Source: Eledone cirrhosa (taxonomy: Eukaryota). From it: a stretch of DNA of 64,000 nucleotides. Below are positions 12,901-27,790 of this stretch, in pieces. Positions within the stretch are counted from its first letter, which is position 1. Each line of letters opens with the position of its first letter. The stretch is from the NCBI GenBank assembly GCA_964016885.1, contig OZ024747.1, positions 47,864,001-47,928,000 on the forward strand. The letters are read 5' to 3'. The notes beneath the pieces were generated by a model that worked only from the letters and a program-made list of their open reading frames with translations, was not told where the DNA came from and made no database searches. Made by a program: the position numbers and the translations under genes.

Positions 12901-13900
12901 TCAACTGCCCTCAGATAACATTTTGTTTGGGGATCTAACAATTCTGCCAATCCACTGCGCTTAGATAACATTTTTCTGGGGATCTAACAATTCTGCCAAT
13001 CCACTGGCCTCAAATAAACTTTTGTCTGGGAATCTAACAATTCTGCCAATCCACTGTCCTTAGATAACATTTTGTCTGGGGATCTAACAATTCTTCCAAT
13101 CCACTGCCCTCAGATAACAATTGTGTCTGGCGATCTAACAGTTCTGCCAATCCACTGCCTACACATAACGTTTTGTAATCCAATCCAGTCCTTAGATAAC
13201 ATTTTGTTTGGGGATCTAACAATTCTGCCAATCCACTGCCCTCAGATAACATTTTGTCTGGGGATCTAACAATTCTGCCAATCCATTGCCCTCAGATAAC
13301 GTTTTCTCTGGTAATCTAACTATTCTGCCAATCCACTGTCCTTAGAAAACATTTTGCGTGGGGATCTAACAATTCTTCTAATCCACTGCCCTCAGATAAC
13401 ATTTTGTCTGGCAATCTAACAATTCTACCAATCCACTGCACTCATAACATTTTGTCTGGCAATCTAACAATTCTGCCAATCCAGTCCTTAGATAACATTT
13501 TGTCTGGCAATCTAACAATTCTGCCAATCCACTGCCCTCATATAACATTTTGTGTGGGAATCTAACAATTCTGCCAATTAACTGCCCTTAGATAACATTT
13601 TGTTTGGGGATCTAACAATTCTGCCAATCCACTGTCCTAAGATAACGTTTTGTCTAGGGATCTAACAATTCTGCCAATCCACTGTCTTTACATAACGATT
13701 TTGTCTGGGGATCTAACAATTCTGCCAATCCAGTCCTTAGATAACATTTTGTCTGGCAATCGGATAATTCTGCCAATCCACTGCCCTCAGATAACATTTT
13801 GTCCGGGGATCTAACAATTCTGACAATCAACTGCCCTCAGGTAACATTTTGTTTGGGGATATAACAATTCTGCCAATCCACTGCCCTCATATAACATTTT
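9940..13900 (+). repeat. Dispersed, moderately diverged block duplication (~9940-11100 vs ~12800-13900, offset ~2.8 kb)
   Basis: Shared rare variants CAAATAAACTTTTG (10151 and 13011), GGTAATCTAACTATT and CAATCGGATAATT in the same order; related ORF translations at 10222..10503 and 13034..13252. Confidence 0.8.
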
Positions 13901-14125
13901 GTCTGGGGATCTAACAATTCTGCCAATCCACTGCCCTCAGATAACATTTTCTTTGGGGATCTAACAATTCTGCCAATCCACTGCCCCCAGATAACATTTT
14001 GTTTGGGGATCTAACAATTCTGCCAGTCCACTGCCCTCAGATAACATTTTCTCTGGGTGTCTAACAATTCTGCCAATCCACTGTCCTTAGATAACATTTC
14101 GTCTGGGGATCTAACAATTCTGCCA

Positions 14126-16545
14126 ATCCACTGTCCTTAGATAACGTTTTGTCTAGGGATCTAACAATTCTGCCAATCCACTGGCTTTAGATAAGATTTC
14201 GTCTGGGGATCTAACAATTCTGCCAAACCACTGCCCTCATAACATCTTGTCTGGCAATCTAACAATTCTGCCAATCCACTGTCCTTACAGAACATTTTGT
14301 CGGGGATCTAACAATTCTGCCAATCTACTGTCCTTAGATAACATTTTGTCTGGGAATCTAACAATCCTGCCAATCCACTGTCCTTAGATAACATTTTGTC
14401 TGGGGATCTAACAATTCTGCCAATCCACTGCCCTCAGATGGCATTTTGTTTGGGGATCTAACGATTCTGCGAATCAACTGCCCTCAGATAACATTTTGTT
14501 TGGGGATCTAACAATTCTGCCAATCCACTGCGCTTAGATAACATTTTCTCTGGGGATCTAACAATTCTGCCAATCCACTGGCTTCAGATAACATTTTGTC
14601 TGGGGATCTAACAATTCTGCAAATCCACTGTCCTTAGATAACATTTTATCTGGGGATCTAACAATTCTTCCAATCCACTGCCCTCAGATAACAATTTTGT
14701 CTGGCGATCTAACAGTTCTGCCATTCCACTGCCTACACATAACATTTTGTCTGCCAATCCAGTCCTGAGATAACATTTTGTCTGGCAATCTAACAATTCT
14801 GCCAATCCACTGTCCTTAGATAACATTTTGTCTGGGGATCTAACAATTCTGCCAATCCACTGCCCTCAGATAACATTTTGTCTGGGGATCTAACGATTCT
14901 GCGAATCAACTGCCCTCCGATAACATTTTGTTTGGGGATCTAACAATTCTGCCAATCCACTGCCCTTAGATAACATTTTCTCTGGGGGTCTAAGAATTCT
15001 GCCAATCCACTGGCCTCAGATAACATTTTGTCTGGGGATCTAACAATTCTGCAAATCCACTGTCTTAGATAACATTTTGTCTGGGGATCTAACAATTTTG
15101 CCAATCCACTGTCCTTAAATAAAATTTTGTCTGGGGATGTAACAATTCTTCCAATCCACTGCCCTCAGATAACAATTTTGTCTGGCGATCTAACAGTTCT
15201 GCCAATCCACTGCCTACACAACATTGTCTGCCAATCCAGTCCTTAGATAACATTTTGTTTGGCAATCTAACAATTCTGCCAATCCACTGTCCTTAGATAA
15301 CATTTTGTCTGGGGATCTAACAATTCTTCTAATCCACTGCCCTCGGGTAACATTTTGTTTGGGGATCTAACAATTCTGCCAATCCACTGCCCTCATAACA
15401 TCTTGTCTGGCAATCTAACAATTCTGCCAATCCACTGTCCTTACAGAACATTTTGTCGGGGATCTAACAATTCTGCCAATCTACTGTCCTTAGATAACAT
15501 TTTGTCTGGGAATCTAACAATCCTGCCAATCCACTGTCCTTAGATAACATTTTGTCTGGGGATCTAACAATTCTGCCAATCCACTGCCCTCAGATGGCAT
15601 TTTGTTTGGGGATCTAACGATTCTGCGAATCAACTGCCCTCAGATAACATTTTGTTTGGGGATCTAACAATTCTGCCAATCCACTGCGCTTAGATAACAT
15701 TTTCTCTGGGGATCTAACAATTCTGCCAATCCACTGGCTTCAGATAACATTTTGTCTGGGGATCTAACAATTCTGCAAATCCACTGTCCTTAGATAACAT
15801 TTTATCTGGGGATCTAACAATTCTTCCAATCCACTGCCCTCAGATAACAATTTTGTCTGGCGATCTAACAGTTCTGCCATTCCACTGCCTACACATAACA
15901 TTTTGTCTGCCAATCCAGTCCTGAGATAACATTTTGTCTGGCAATCTAACAATTCTGCCAATCCACTGTCCTTAGATAACATTTTGTCTGGGGATCTAAC
16001 AATTCTGCCAATCCACTGCCCTCAGATAACATTTTGTCTGGGGATCTAACGATTCTGCGAATCAACTGCCCTCCGATAACATTTTGTTTGGGGATCTAAC
16101 AATTCTGCCAATCCACTGCCCTTAGATAACATTTTCTCTGGGGGTCTAAGAATTCTGCCAATCCACTGGCCTCAGATAACATTTTGTCTGGGGATCTAAC
16201 AATTCTGCAAATCCACTGTCTTAGATAACATTTTGTCTGGGGATCTAACAATTTTGCCAATCCACTGTCCTTAAATAAAATTTTGTCTGGGGATGTAACA
16301 ATTCTTCCAATCCACTGCCCTCAGATAACAATTTTGTCTGGCGATCTAACAGTTCTGCCAATCCACTGCCTACACAACATTGTCTGCCAATCCAGTCCTT
16401 AGATAACATTTTGTTTGGCAATCTAACAATTCTGCCAATCCACTGTCCTTAGATAACATTTTGTCTGGGGATCTAACAATTCTTCTAATCCACTGCCCTC
16501 GGGTAACATTTTGTTTGGGGATCTAACAATTCTGCCAATCCACTG
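14126..16545 (+). repeat. Near-identical copy of positions 1-2083 (offset 14125), containing two complete 1156-bp units
   Basis: Identical ORF translations at 483/14608, 1230/15355 and 1639/15764; variant string GGCTTTAGATAAGATTTCG present at ~58 and ~14183. Confidence 0.93.
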
Positions 16546-17332
16546 CCCTACGTATAACATTTTGTCGGGGATCCAACAATTCTGCCAATCCACTGTCCTT
16601 AGATAACTTTTTGTCTGGGGATCTAACAATTCTGCCAATCCACTGTCCTTAGATAACATTTTATCTGGCAATCTAACAATTCTGCCAATCCACTGCCCCC
16701 AGATAACATTTTGTTTGGGGATCTAATAATTCTGCCAATCCACTGCCCTCAGATAACATTTTCTCTGGGTGTCTACCAATTCTGCCAATCCACTGTCCTT
16801 AGATAACATTTCGTCTGGGGATCTAACAATTCTGCCAATCCACTGTCCTTAGATAACGTTTTGTCTAGGGATCTAACAATTCTGCCAATCCACTGACATT
16901 AGATAAGATTTTGTCTGGGGATCTAACAATTCTGCCAATCCAGTTCTTACATAACATTTTGTCTGGCAATCGGACAATTCTGCCAATCCACTGTCCTTAG
17001 ATAAGATTTTGTCTGGCAATCCAACGATTCTGCCAATCCACTGCCCTTAGATAACATTTTCTCTGGGGATCTAACAATTCTGCCAATCCAGTCCTTAGAT
17101 AACATTTTGTCTGGCAATCGGACAATTCTGCCAATCCACTGTCCTTAGATAAGATTTTGTCTGGCAATCCAACAATTCTGCCAATCCACTGCCCTTAGAT
17201 AACATTTTCTCTGGGGATCTAACGATTCTGCGAATCAACTGCCCTCAGATAACATTTTGTTTGGGGATCTAACAATTCTGCCAATCCACTGTCCTTAGAA
17301 AACATTTTGCGTGGGGATCTAACAATTCTTCT

Positions 17333-20300
17333 AATCCACTGCCCTCAGATAACATTTTGTCTGGCAATCTAACAATTCTGCCAATCTACTGTCCTTAGAT
17401 AACATTTTGACTGGAAATCTAACAATTCTGCCAATCCACTGTCCTTAGATAACGTTTCGTCTGGGGATCTAACAATTTTGCCAATCCACTGTCCTTAGAT
17501 GACATTTTGTCTGGGGATCTAACAATTCTGTAAATTCACTCTCTCAGATAACATTTTGTCTGGTAATCTAACAATTCTGCCAATCCACTGCCCTCAGATA
17601 ACATTTTGTCTGGCGATCTAACAGTTCTGCCAATCCACTGCCTACACATAACATTTTGTCTGCCAATCCAGTCCTTAGATAACATTTTGTCTGGCAATCT
17701 AACAATTCTGCAATCCACTGTCCTTAGATAACATTTTGTCTGCCAATCTAACAATTCTGCCAATCCACAGCCATCAGGTAACATTTTGTTTGGGGATCTA
17801 ACAATTCTGCCAATCCACTGCCCTCAGATAACATTTTGTCTGGGGATCTAACAATTCTGCCAATCCATTGCCCTCAGATAACGTTTTGTCTGGTAATCTA
17901 ACAATTCTGCCAATCCACTGTCCTTAGAAAACATTTTGCGTGGGGAACTAACAATTCTTCTAATCCACTGCCCTCAGATAACATTTTGTCTGGCAATCTA
18001 ACAATTCTACCAATCCACTGCACTCATAACATTTTGTCTGGCAATCTAACAATTCTGCCAATCCACTGTCATTAGATAACATTTTGCCTGGCAATCTAAC
18101 AATTCTGCCAATTAACTGCCCTTAGATAACATTTTGTTTGGGGATCTAACAATTCTGCCAATCCACTGTCCTTAGATAACCTTTTGTCTGGGGATCTAAC
18201 AATTCTGCCAATCCACTGTCCTAAGATAACGTTTTGTCTAGGGATCTAACAATTCTGCCAATCCATTGCCCTCAGAAAACATTGTCTGGGATCTAACAAT
18301 TCTGCCAATCAACTGACCTCAGATAACATTTTGTGTGGGAATCTAACAATTCTGCCAATCCACTGTCCTTAAATAAGATTTTGTCTGGGGATCTAACAAT
18401 TCTGCCAATTCACTGCTCTAATATAACATTTTGTGTGGGGATCTAACAATTCTGCCAATCAACTGCCCTCAGATAACGTTTTGTTTGGGGATCTAACAAT
18501 TCTGCCAATCCACTGTCCTTAGATAACCTTTTGTCTGGGCATCTAACAATTCTGCCAATCCACTGTCCTTAGATAAGGTTTTGTCTAGGGATCTAACAAT
18601 TCTGACAATCCACTGTCTTTAGATAAGATTTTGTCTGGGGATCTACCAATTCTGCCAATCCAGTCCTTAGATAACATTTTGTCTGGCAATCCACAGCTCT
18701 TAGATAACATTTTGTCTGGCGATCTAACAATTCTGCTAATCAACTGCCCTCAGATAATATTTTGTTTGGGGATCTAACGATTCTGCGAATCAACTGCCCT
18801 CAGATAACATTTTGTTTGGGGATCTAACAATTCTGCCAATCCACTGTCCTTAGAAAACATTTTGCGTGGGGATCTAACAATTCTTCTAATCCACTGCCCT
18901 CAGATAATATTTTGTCTGGCAATCTAACAATTCTGCCAATCTACTGTCCTTAGATAACATTTTGATTGGCAGTCTAACAATTCTGCCAATCCACTGTCCT
19001 TAGATAACGTTTCGTCTGGGGATCTAACAATTTTGCCAATCCACTGTCCTTAGATGACATTTTTTCTGGGGATCTAACAATTCTGTAAATATACTCTCAG
19101 ATAACATTTTGTCTGGTAATCTAACAATTCTGTCAATCCACTGCCCTCAGATAACATTTTGTCTGGCGATCTAACAGTTCTGCCAATCCACTGCCTACAC
19201 ATAACATTTTGTCTGCCAATCCAGTCCTTAGATAACATTTTGTCTGGCAATCTAACAATTCTGCCAATCCACTGTCCTTAGATAACATTTTGTCTGCCAA
19301 TCTAACAATTCTGCCAATCCACAGCCATCAGGTAACATTTTGTTTGGGGATCTAACAATTCTGCCAATCCACTGCCCTCAGATAACATTTTCTCTGGGTG
19401 TCTAACAATTCTGCCAAACCACTGTCCTTAGATAACATTTCGTCTGGGGATCTAACAATTCTGACAATCCACTGTCCTTAGATAACGTTTTGTCTAGGGA
19501 TCTAACAATTCTGACAATCCACTGACTTTAGATAAGATTTTGTCTGGGGATCTAACAATTCTGCCAATCCAGTTCTTACATAACATTTTGTCTGGAAATC
19601 GGACAATTCTGCCAATCCACTGTCCTTAGATAAGATTTTGTCTGGCAATCCAACGATTCGCCAATCCACTGCCCTTAGATAACATTTTCTCTGGGGATCT
19701 AACAATTCTGCCAATCCAGTCCTTAGATAACATTTTGTCTGGCAATCGGACAATTCTGCCAATCGACTGTCCTTAGATAAGATTTTGTCTGGCAATCCAA
19801 CAATTCTGCCAATCCACTGCCCTTAGATAACATTTTCTCTGGGGATCTAACAATTCTGCCAATTCACTGGCCTCAGATAACATTTTGTCTGGGGATCTAA
19901 CAATTCTGCCAATCCACTGTCCTTAGATAACATTTTGTCTGGGGATCTAACAATTCTGTAAATTCACTCTCTCAGTTAACATTTTTTCTGGTAATCTAAC
20001 AATTCTGCCAATCCACTGTCCTTACATAACATTTTGTCAGGGGATCTAACAATTCTGCCAATCCACTGCCCTCAGATAACATTTTGTCTGGCAATCTAAC
20101 AATTCTGCCAATCTACTGTCCTTAGATAACATTTTGACTGGAAATCTAACAATTCTGCCAATCCACTGTCCTTAGATAACGTTTCGTCTGGGGATCTAAC
20201 AATTTTGCCAATCCACTGTCCTTAGATGACATTTTGTCTGGGGATCTAACAATTCTGTAAATTCACTCTCTCAGATAACATTTTGTCTGGTAATCTAACA

Positions 20301-22817
20301 ATTCTGCCAATCCACTGCCCTCAGATAACATTTTGTCTGGCGATCTAACAGTTCTGCCAATCCACTGCCTACACATAACATTTTGTCTGCCAATCCAGTC
20401 CTTAGATAACATTTTGTCTGGCAATCTAACAATTCTGCAATCCACTGTCCTTAGATAACATTTTGTCTGCCAATCTAACAATTCTGCCAATCCACAGCCA
20501 TCAGGTAACATTTTGTTTGGGGATCTAACAATTCTGCCAATCCACTGCCCTCAGATAACATTTTGTCTGGGGATCTAACAATTCTGCCAATCCATTGCCC
20601 TCAGATAACGTTTTGTCTGGTAATCTAACAATTCTGCCAATCCACTGTCCTTAGAAAACATTTTGCGTGGGGAACTAACAATTCTTCTAATCCACTGCCC
20701 TCAGATAACATTTTGTCTGGCAATCTAACAATTCTACCAATCCACTGCACTCATAACATTTTGTCTGGCAATCTAACAATTCTGCCAATCCACTGTCATT
20801 AGATAACATTTTGCCTGGCAATCTAACAATTCTGCCAATTAACTGCCCTTAGATAACATTTTGTTTGGGGATCTAACAATTCTGCCAATCCACTGTCCTT
20901 AGATAACCTTTTGTCTGGGGATCTAACAATTCTGCCAATCCACTGTCCTAAGATAACGTTTTGTCTAGGGATCTAACAATTCTGCCAATCCATTGCCCTC
21001 AGAAAACATTGTCTGGGATCTAACAATTCTGCCAATCAACTGACCTCAGATAACATTTTGTGTGGGAATCTAACAATTCTGCCAATCCACTGTCCTTAAA
21101 TAAGATTTTGTCTGGGGATCTAACAATTCTGCCAATTCACTGCTCTAATATAACATTTTGTGTGGGGATCTAACAATTCTGCCAATCAACTGCCCTCAGA
21201 TAACGTTTTGTTTGGGGATCTAACAATTCTGCCAATCCACTGTCCTTAGATAACCTTTTGTCTGGGCATCTAACAATTCTGCCAATCCACTGTCCTTAGA
21301 TAAGGTTTTGTCTAGGGATCTAACAATTCTGACAATCCACTGTCTTTAGATAAGATTTTGTCTGGGGATCTACCAATTCTGCCAATCCAGTCCTTAGATA
21401 ACATTTTGTCTGGCAATCCACAGCTCTTAGATAACATTTTGTCTGGCGATCTAACAATTCTGCTAATCAACTGCCCTCAGATAATATTTTGTTTGGGGAT
21501 CTAACGATTCTGCGAATCAACTGCCCTCAGATAACATTTTGTTTGGGGATCTAACAATTCTGCCAATCCACTGTCCTTAGAAAACATTTTGCGTGGGGAT
21601 CTAACAATTCTTCTAATCCACTGCCCTCAGATAATATTTTGTCTGGCAATCTAACAATTCTGCCAATCTACTGTCCTTAGATAACATTTTGATTGGCAGT
21701 CTAACAATTCTGCCAATCCACTGTCCTTAGATAACGTTTCGTCTGGGGATCTAACAATTTTGCCAATCCACTGTCCTTAGATGACATTTTTTCTGGGGAT
21801 CTAACAATTCTGTAAATATACTCTCAGATAACATTTTGTCTGGTAATCTAACAATTCTGTCAATCCACTGCCCTCAGATAACATTTTGTCTGGCGATCTA
21901 ACAGTTCTGCCAATCCACTGCCTACACATAACATTTTGTCTGCCAATCCAGTCCTTAGATAACATTTTGTCTGGCAATCTAACAATTCTGCCAATCCACT
22001 GTCCTTAGATAACATTTTGTCTGCCAATCTAACAATTCTGCCAATCCACAGCCATCAGGTAACATTTTGTTTGGGGATCTAACAATTCTGCCAATCCACT
22101 GCCCTCAGATAACATTTTCTCTGGGTGTCTAACAATTCTGCCAAACCACTGTCCTTAGATAACATTTCGTCTGGGGATCTAACAATTCTGACAATCCACT
22201 GTCCTTAGATAACGTTTTGTCTAGGGATCTAACAATTCTGACAATCCACTGACTTTAGATAAGATTTTGTCTGGGGATCTAACAATTCTGCCAATCCAGT
22301 TCTTACATAACATTTTGTCTGGAAATCGGACAATTCTGCCAATCCACTGTCCTTAGATAAGATTTTGTCTGGCAATCCAACGATTCGCCAATCCACTGCC
22401 CTTAGATAACATTTTCTCTGGGGATCTAACAATTCTGCCAATCCAGTCCTTAGATAACATTTTGTCTGGCAATCGGACAATTCTGCCAATCGACTGTCCT
22501 TAGATAAGATTTTGTCTGGCAATCCAACAATTCTGCCAATCCACTGCCCTTAGATAACATTTTCTCTGGGGATCTAACAATTCTGCCAATTCACTGGCCT
22601 CAGATAACATTTTGTCTGGGGATCTAACAATTCTGCCAATCCACTGTCCTTAGATAACATTTTGTCTGGGGATCTAACAATTCTGTAAATTCACTCTCTC
22701 AGTTAACATTTTTTCTGGTAATCTAACAATTCTGCCAATCCACTGTCCTTACATAACATTTTGTCAGGGGATCTAACAATTCTGCCAATCCACTGCCCTC
22801 AGATAACATTTTGTCTG
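17333..22817 (+). repeat. Tandem duplication with 2727-bp period (two essentially identical units)
   Basis: Identical ORF translations at 17536/20263 and 19502/22229; TTTTGACTGGAAATC, GTCATTAG, AATCGACTG and CTCAGTTAAC recur at the 2727 offset. Confidence 0.95.
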
Positions 22818-24089
22818 GCGATCTAACAGTTCTGCCAATCCACTGCCTACACATAACATTGTCTGCCAATCCAGTCCTTAGATAACATTTTGTCTGACAA
22901 TCTAACAATTCTGCCAATCCACTGTCCTTAGATAACATTTTGTCTGGCAATCTAACAATTCTGCCAATCCACTGCCCTCACATAACATTTTGTCTGGGGA
23001 TCTAACAATTCTGCCAATCAACTGCCCTCAGATAACATTTTGTGTGGGGATCTAACGATTCTGACAATCAACTGCCCTCAGGTAACATTTTGTTTGGGGA
23101 TCTAACAATTCTGCCAATCTACTGTCCTTAGATCACATTTTGTCTGGTAATCTAACAATCCTGCCAATCCACTGTCCTTAGATAACATTTTGTCTGGCAA
23201 TATTACAATTTTGCCAATCCACAGCCCTCATAACATTTTGTCTGGCTAACAATTCTGCCAATCCACTGTCCTTAGATAACATTTTGTCTGGGGATCTTAC
23301 AATTCTGCCAATCAACAACCCTCAGATAACATTTTGTCTGGCAATCTAACAATTCTGCCAATCCACTGCCCTCACATATTTTTTCTGGGAATCTAACTAT
23401 TCTGCCATTCCACAAGCCTCAGATAACATTTTGTCTGGGGATCTAACAATTCTGCCAATCCATTGCCCTTAGATATTTTGTCTGGGGATCTAACAATTCA
23501 GTCAATCCACTGTCCTTAGATAACATTTTGTCTGGGGATCTAACAATTCTGCCAATCCACTGCCCTCAGATAACATTTTGTTTGGGGATCTAACGATTCT
23601 GCGAATCAACTGCCCTCAGATAACATTTTGTTTGAGGATCTAACAATTCTGCCAATCAACTGCGCTTAGATAACATTTTCTCTGGGGATCTAACAATTCT
23701 GCCAATCCACTGGCCTCAGATAACATTTAGTCTGGGGATCTAACAATTCTTCCAATCAACTGACTCAGGTAACATTTTGTATGGGAATCTAACAATTCTG
23801 CGAATCCACTGCACTCAGATAACATTTTGTTTGGGGATCTAAAAATTCTGCCAATCTACTGTCCTTAGATAACATTTTGTTTGGGGATCTAACAATTCTG
23901 CCAATCCACAGCCCTCAGATAACATTTTGTCTGGCAATCTCACAATTCTGCCAATCCACTGCCATCAGATAACATTTTGTCTGGGGATCTAACAATTCTT
24001 CTAATCCACTGCCCTCGGATAACATTTTGTCTGGCGATCTAACAATTCTGCCAATCAACAACCCTCAGATAACATTTTGTCTGGCAATC

Positions 24090-26340
24090 TAACAATTCTG
24101 CCAATCCACTGCCCTCATAACATTTTGTCTGGCAATCTAACAATTCTACCAATCCACTGGCCTCAGCTAACATTTTTTCTGGGGATCTAACAATTCTGAC
24201 AATCCACTGCCCTCAGATAACATTTTGTCTGGTAATCTAACAATTCTGCCAATCCTCTATCCTTAGATAACATTTTGCGTGGGGATCTAACAATTCTGTA
24301 ATCCACTGCCCTCAGATAACATTTTGTCTGGCAATCTTATAATTCTGCCAATCAACAACCCCCAGATAACATTTTGTCTGGCAATCTAACAATTCTGAAA
24401 ATCCACTGCCCCCAGATAACATTTTGTATGGCAATCTAACAATTCTACCAATCCACTGTCCTCAGATAACATTTTGTCAGGGGATCTAACAATTCTACCA
24501 ATCCACTGGCCTCAGCTAACATTTTGTCTGGGATCTAACTATTCTGACAATCCACTGCCCTCAGATAACATTTTGTATGGCAATCTAACAATTCTGCCAA
24601 TCCACTGTCCTTAGATAACATTTTGTCTCGGGATCTAACAATTCTGCCAATGCACTGCCCTCGTAACATTCTCTGGCAATCTAACAATTCTGACAATCCA
24701 TTGCCGTCAGATAACATTTGTCTCAGTATCTAACAATCCACTGCCCTCAGATAACATTTTGTATGGGAATCAAACAATTCTGCGAATCCACTGCACTCAG
24801 ATAACATTTTGTTTGGGGATCTAACAATTCTGCCAATCCAGTCCTTAGATGAGATTTTGTCTGGGGATCTAACAATTTTCCCAATCCACTGCCCTCATAT
24901 AACATTTTGTGTGGGGATCTAACAATTCTGACAATTAACTGCCCTCAGATAACATTTTATTTGGGGATCTAACAATTCTGCCAATCCACTGTCCTTAGAT
25001 AACATTTTGTTTGGGGATGTAACAATTCTGCCAATCCACTGCCCTCAGATAACATTTTCTCTGGGTGTCTAACAATTCTGCCAATCCACTGCCTTCAGAT
25101 AACATTTAGTCTGGGGATCTAACAATTCTGCCAATCCACTGCCCTCAAACATTTTGTCTGGCAATCTAACAATTCTGCCAATCCACAGCCCTCAGATAAC
25201 ATTTTGTCTAGCTAACAATTCTGCCTATCCACTGTCCTTAGATAACATTTTGTCTGACAATCTAACAATTCTTCTAATCCACTGCCCTCAGATAACATTT
25301 TGTCTGGGGATCTAACAATTCTGCCAATCCACTGTCCTTAGAAAACATTTTGTCTGAGGATCTAACAATTCTGCCAATCCACTGTCCTTAGATAACATTT
25401 TGTCTGGGGATCTAACAATTCTTCTAATCCACTGCCCTCAGGTAACATTTTGTCTGGCAATCTTACAATTCTGCCAATCAACAACCCTCAGATAACATTT
25501 TGTCTGGTAATCTTACAATTCTGCCAATCCACTGCACTCATAACATTTTGTCTGGCAATCTAACAATTCGGCCAATCTACTGTCCTTAGATAACATTGTC
25601 TGGCAATCTAACAATTATGCCAATCCACTGTCCTTAAATAACATTTTGTCTGGCAATCTGCCAATCCACTGACAATTCTGCCAATCCACTGCCCTCAGAT
25701 ATTTTGTCTGGCAATCTAACTATTCTGCCATTCCACAAGCCTCAGATAACATTTTGTATGGGGATCTAACAATTCTGCCAATCCACGGTGCTCAGATAAC
25801 ATTTTGTCTGACAATCTAACAATCCACTGCCCTCAGATAACATTTTGTCTGGGGATCTAACAATTCTGCCAATCAACTGCCCTCAGATAACATTTTGTGT
25901 GGGGATCTAACAATTCTGCCAATCCACTGCCCTCAGATAACATTTTGTCTGGGGATCTAACAATTCTTCTAATCCACTGCCCTCAGGTAACAATTCTGCC
26001 AATCCACTGCCCTTAGATAACATTTTGTCTGGGGATCTAACAATTCTTCTAATCCACTGCCCTCAGGTAACATTTTGTCTGGCAATCTTACAATTCTGCC
26101 AATCAACAACCCTCAGATAACATTTTGTCTGGGGATCTAACAATTCTGCCAATCCACTGCCCTCAGATAACATTTTGTCTGGCAATATTACAATTTTGCC
26201 AATCCACAGCCCTCAGATAACATTTTGTCTGGCTAACAATTCTGCCAATCCACTGTCCTTAGAAAACATTTTGTCTGGGGATCTAACAATTCGGCCAATC
26301 CAGTCCTTAGATAACATTTTGTCTGGGGATCTAACAATTC
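24090..26340 (+). repeat. Variant-rich block duplicated at ~38250-40560 (offset ~14158), with a more diverged relative at ~52430-54150
   Basis: Identical ORF translations at 24535 and 38693, near-identical at 52849; shared rare strings CCTCAGCTAAC, GCCGTCAG, GATGAGATTTT and the junction CAGGTAACAATTCTG (~25984 and ~40203). Confidence 0.9.
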
Positions 26341-27790
26341 TGCCAATCCACTGCCCTTAGATAACATTTTGTCTGGGGATCTAACAATTCTTCTAATCCA
26401 CTGCCCTCAGGTAACATTTTGTTTGGGGATCTAACAATTCTGCCAATCCACTGCCCTCAGATAACATTTTGTCGGGGATCCAACAATTCTGCCAATCCAC
26501 TGTCCTTAGATAACTTTTTGTCTGGGGATCTAACAATTCTGCCAAACCACTGTCCTCATAACATTTTATCTGGCAATCTAACAATTCTGCCAATCCACTG
26601 TCCTTACAGAACATTTTGTCGGGGATCTAACAATTCTGCCAGTCTACTGTCCTTAGATAACATTTTGTCTGGGAATCTAACAATCCTGCCAATCCACTGT
26701 CCTTAGATAACATTTTGTCTGGCAATATTACAATTTTGCCAATCCACAGCCCTCAGATAACATTTTGTCTGGCTAACAATTCTGCCAATCCACTGTCCTT
26801 AGATAACATTTTGTCTGGGGATCTAACAATTCTTCTAATCCACTGCTCTCACATAACATTTTGTCTGGCGATCTTACAATTCTGCCAATCAACAACCCTC
26901 AGATAACATTTTGTTTGGGGATCGAACGATTCTGCGATTCAACTGCCCTCAGATAAGATTTTGTTTGGGGATCTAACAATTCCGCCAATCCACTGCCCTT
27001 AGATAACATTTTCTCTGGGGGTCTAACAATTCTGCCATTCCACAAGCCTCAGATAACATTTTGTCTGGGGATCTAACAATTCTGCCAATCCATTGCCCTT
27101 AGATATTTTGTCTGGGGATCTAACAATTCTGTCAATCCACTGTCCTTAGATAACATTTTGTCTGGGGATCTAACAATTCTGCCAATCCACTGCCCTCAGA
27201 TAACATTTTGTCTGGGGATCTAACGATTCTGCGAATCAACTGCCCTCAGATAACATTTTGTTTGGGGATCGAACGATTCTGCGATTCAACTGCCCTCAGA
27301 TAAGATTTTGTTTGGGGATCTAACAATTCCGCCAATCCACTGCCCTTAGATAACATTTTCTCTGGGGGGTCTAACAATTCTGCCAATCCACTGGCCTCAG
27401 ATAACATTTTGTCTGGGGATCTAACAATTTTGCCAATCCACTGTCCTTAGATAACATTTTGTCTGGGGATCCAACAATTCTTCCAATCCACTGCCCTCAG
27501 ATAACAATTTTGTCTGGCGATATAACAGTTCTGCCAATCCACTGCCTACACAACATTGTCTGCCAATCCAGTCCCTAGATAACATTTTGTTTGGCAATCT
27601 AACAATTCTGCCAATCCACTGTCCTTAGATAACATTTTGTCTGGCAATCTAACAATTCTGCCAATTCACTGCCCTCAGATAACATTTTGTCTGGGGATCT
27701 AACAATTCTGCCAATCAACTGCCCTAAGATAACATTTTGTGTGGGGATCTAACAATTTTGACAATCAACTGCCCTCAGGTAACATTTTGT
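26125..27790 (+). repeat. Block duplicated at ~36130-37740 (offset ~10.0 kb, with internal indels)
   Basis: ORF pairs 26175/36181, 26393/36399 and 26419/36425 all at offset 10006; shared GCCAGTCTAC, GCTCTCACAT, GCGATTCAAC and GGCGATATAAC variants. Confidence 0.88.
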
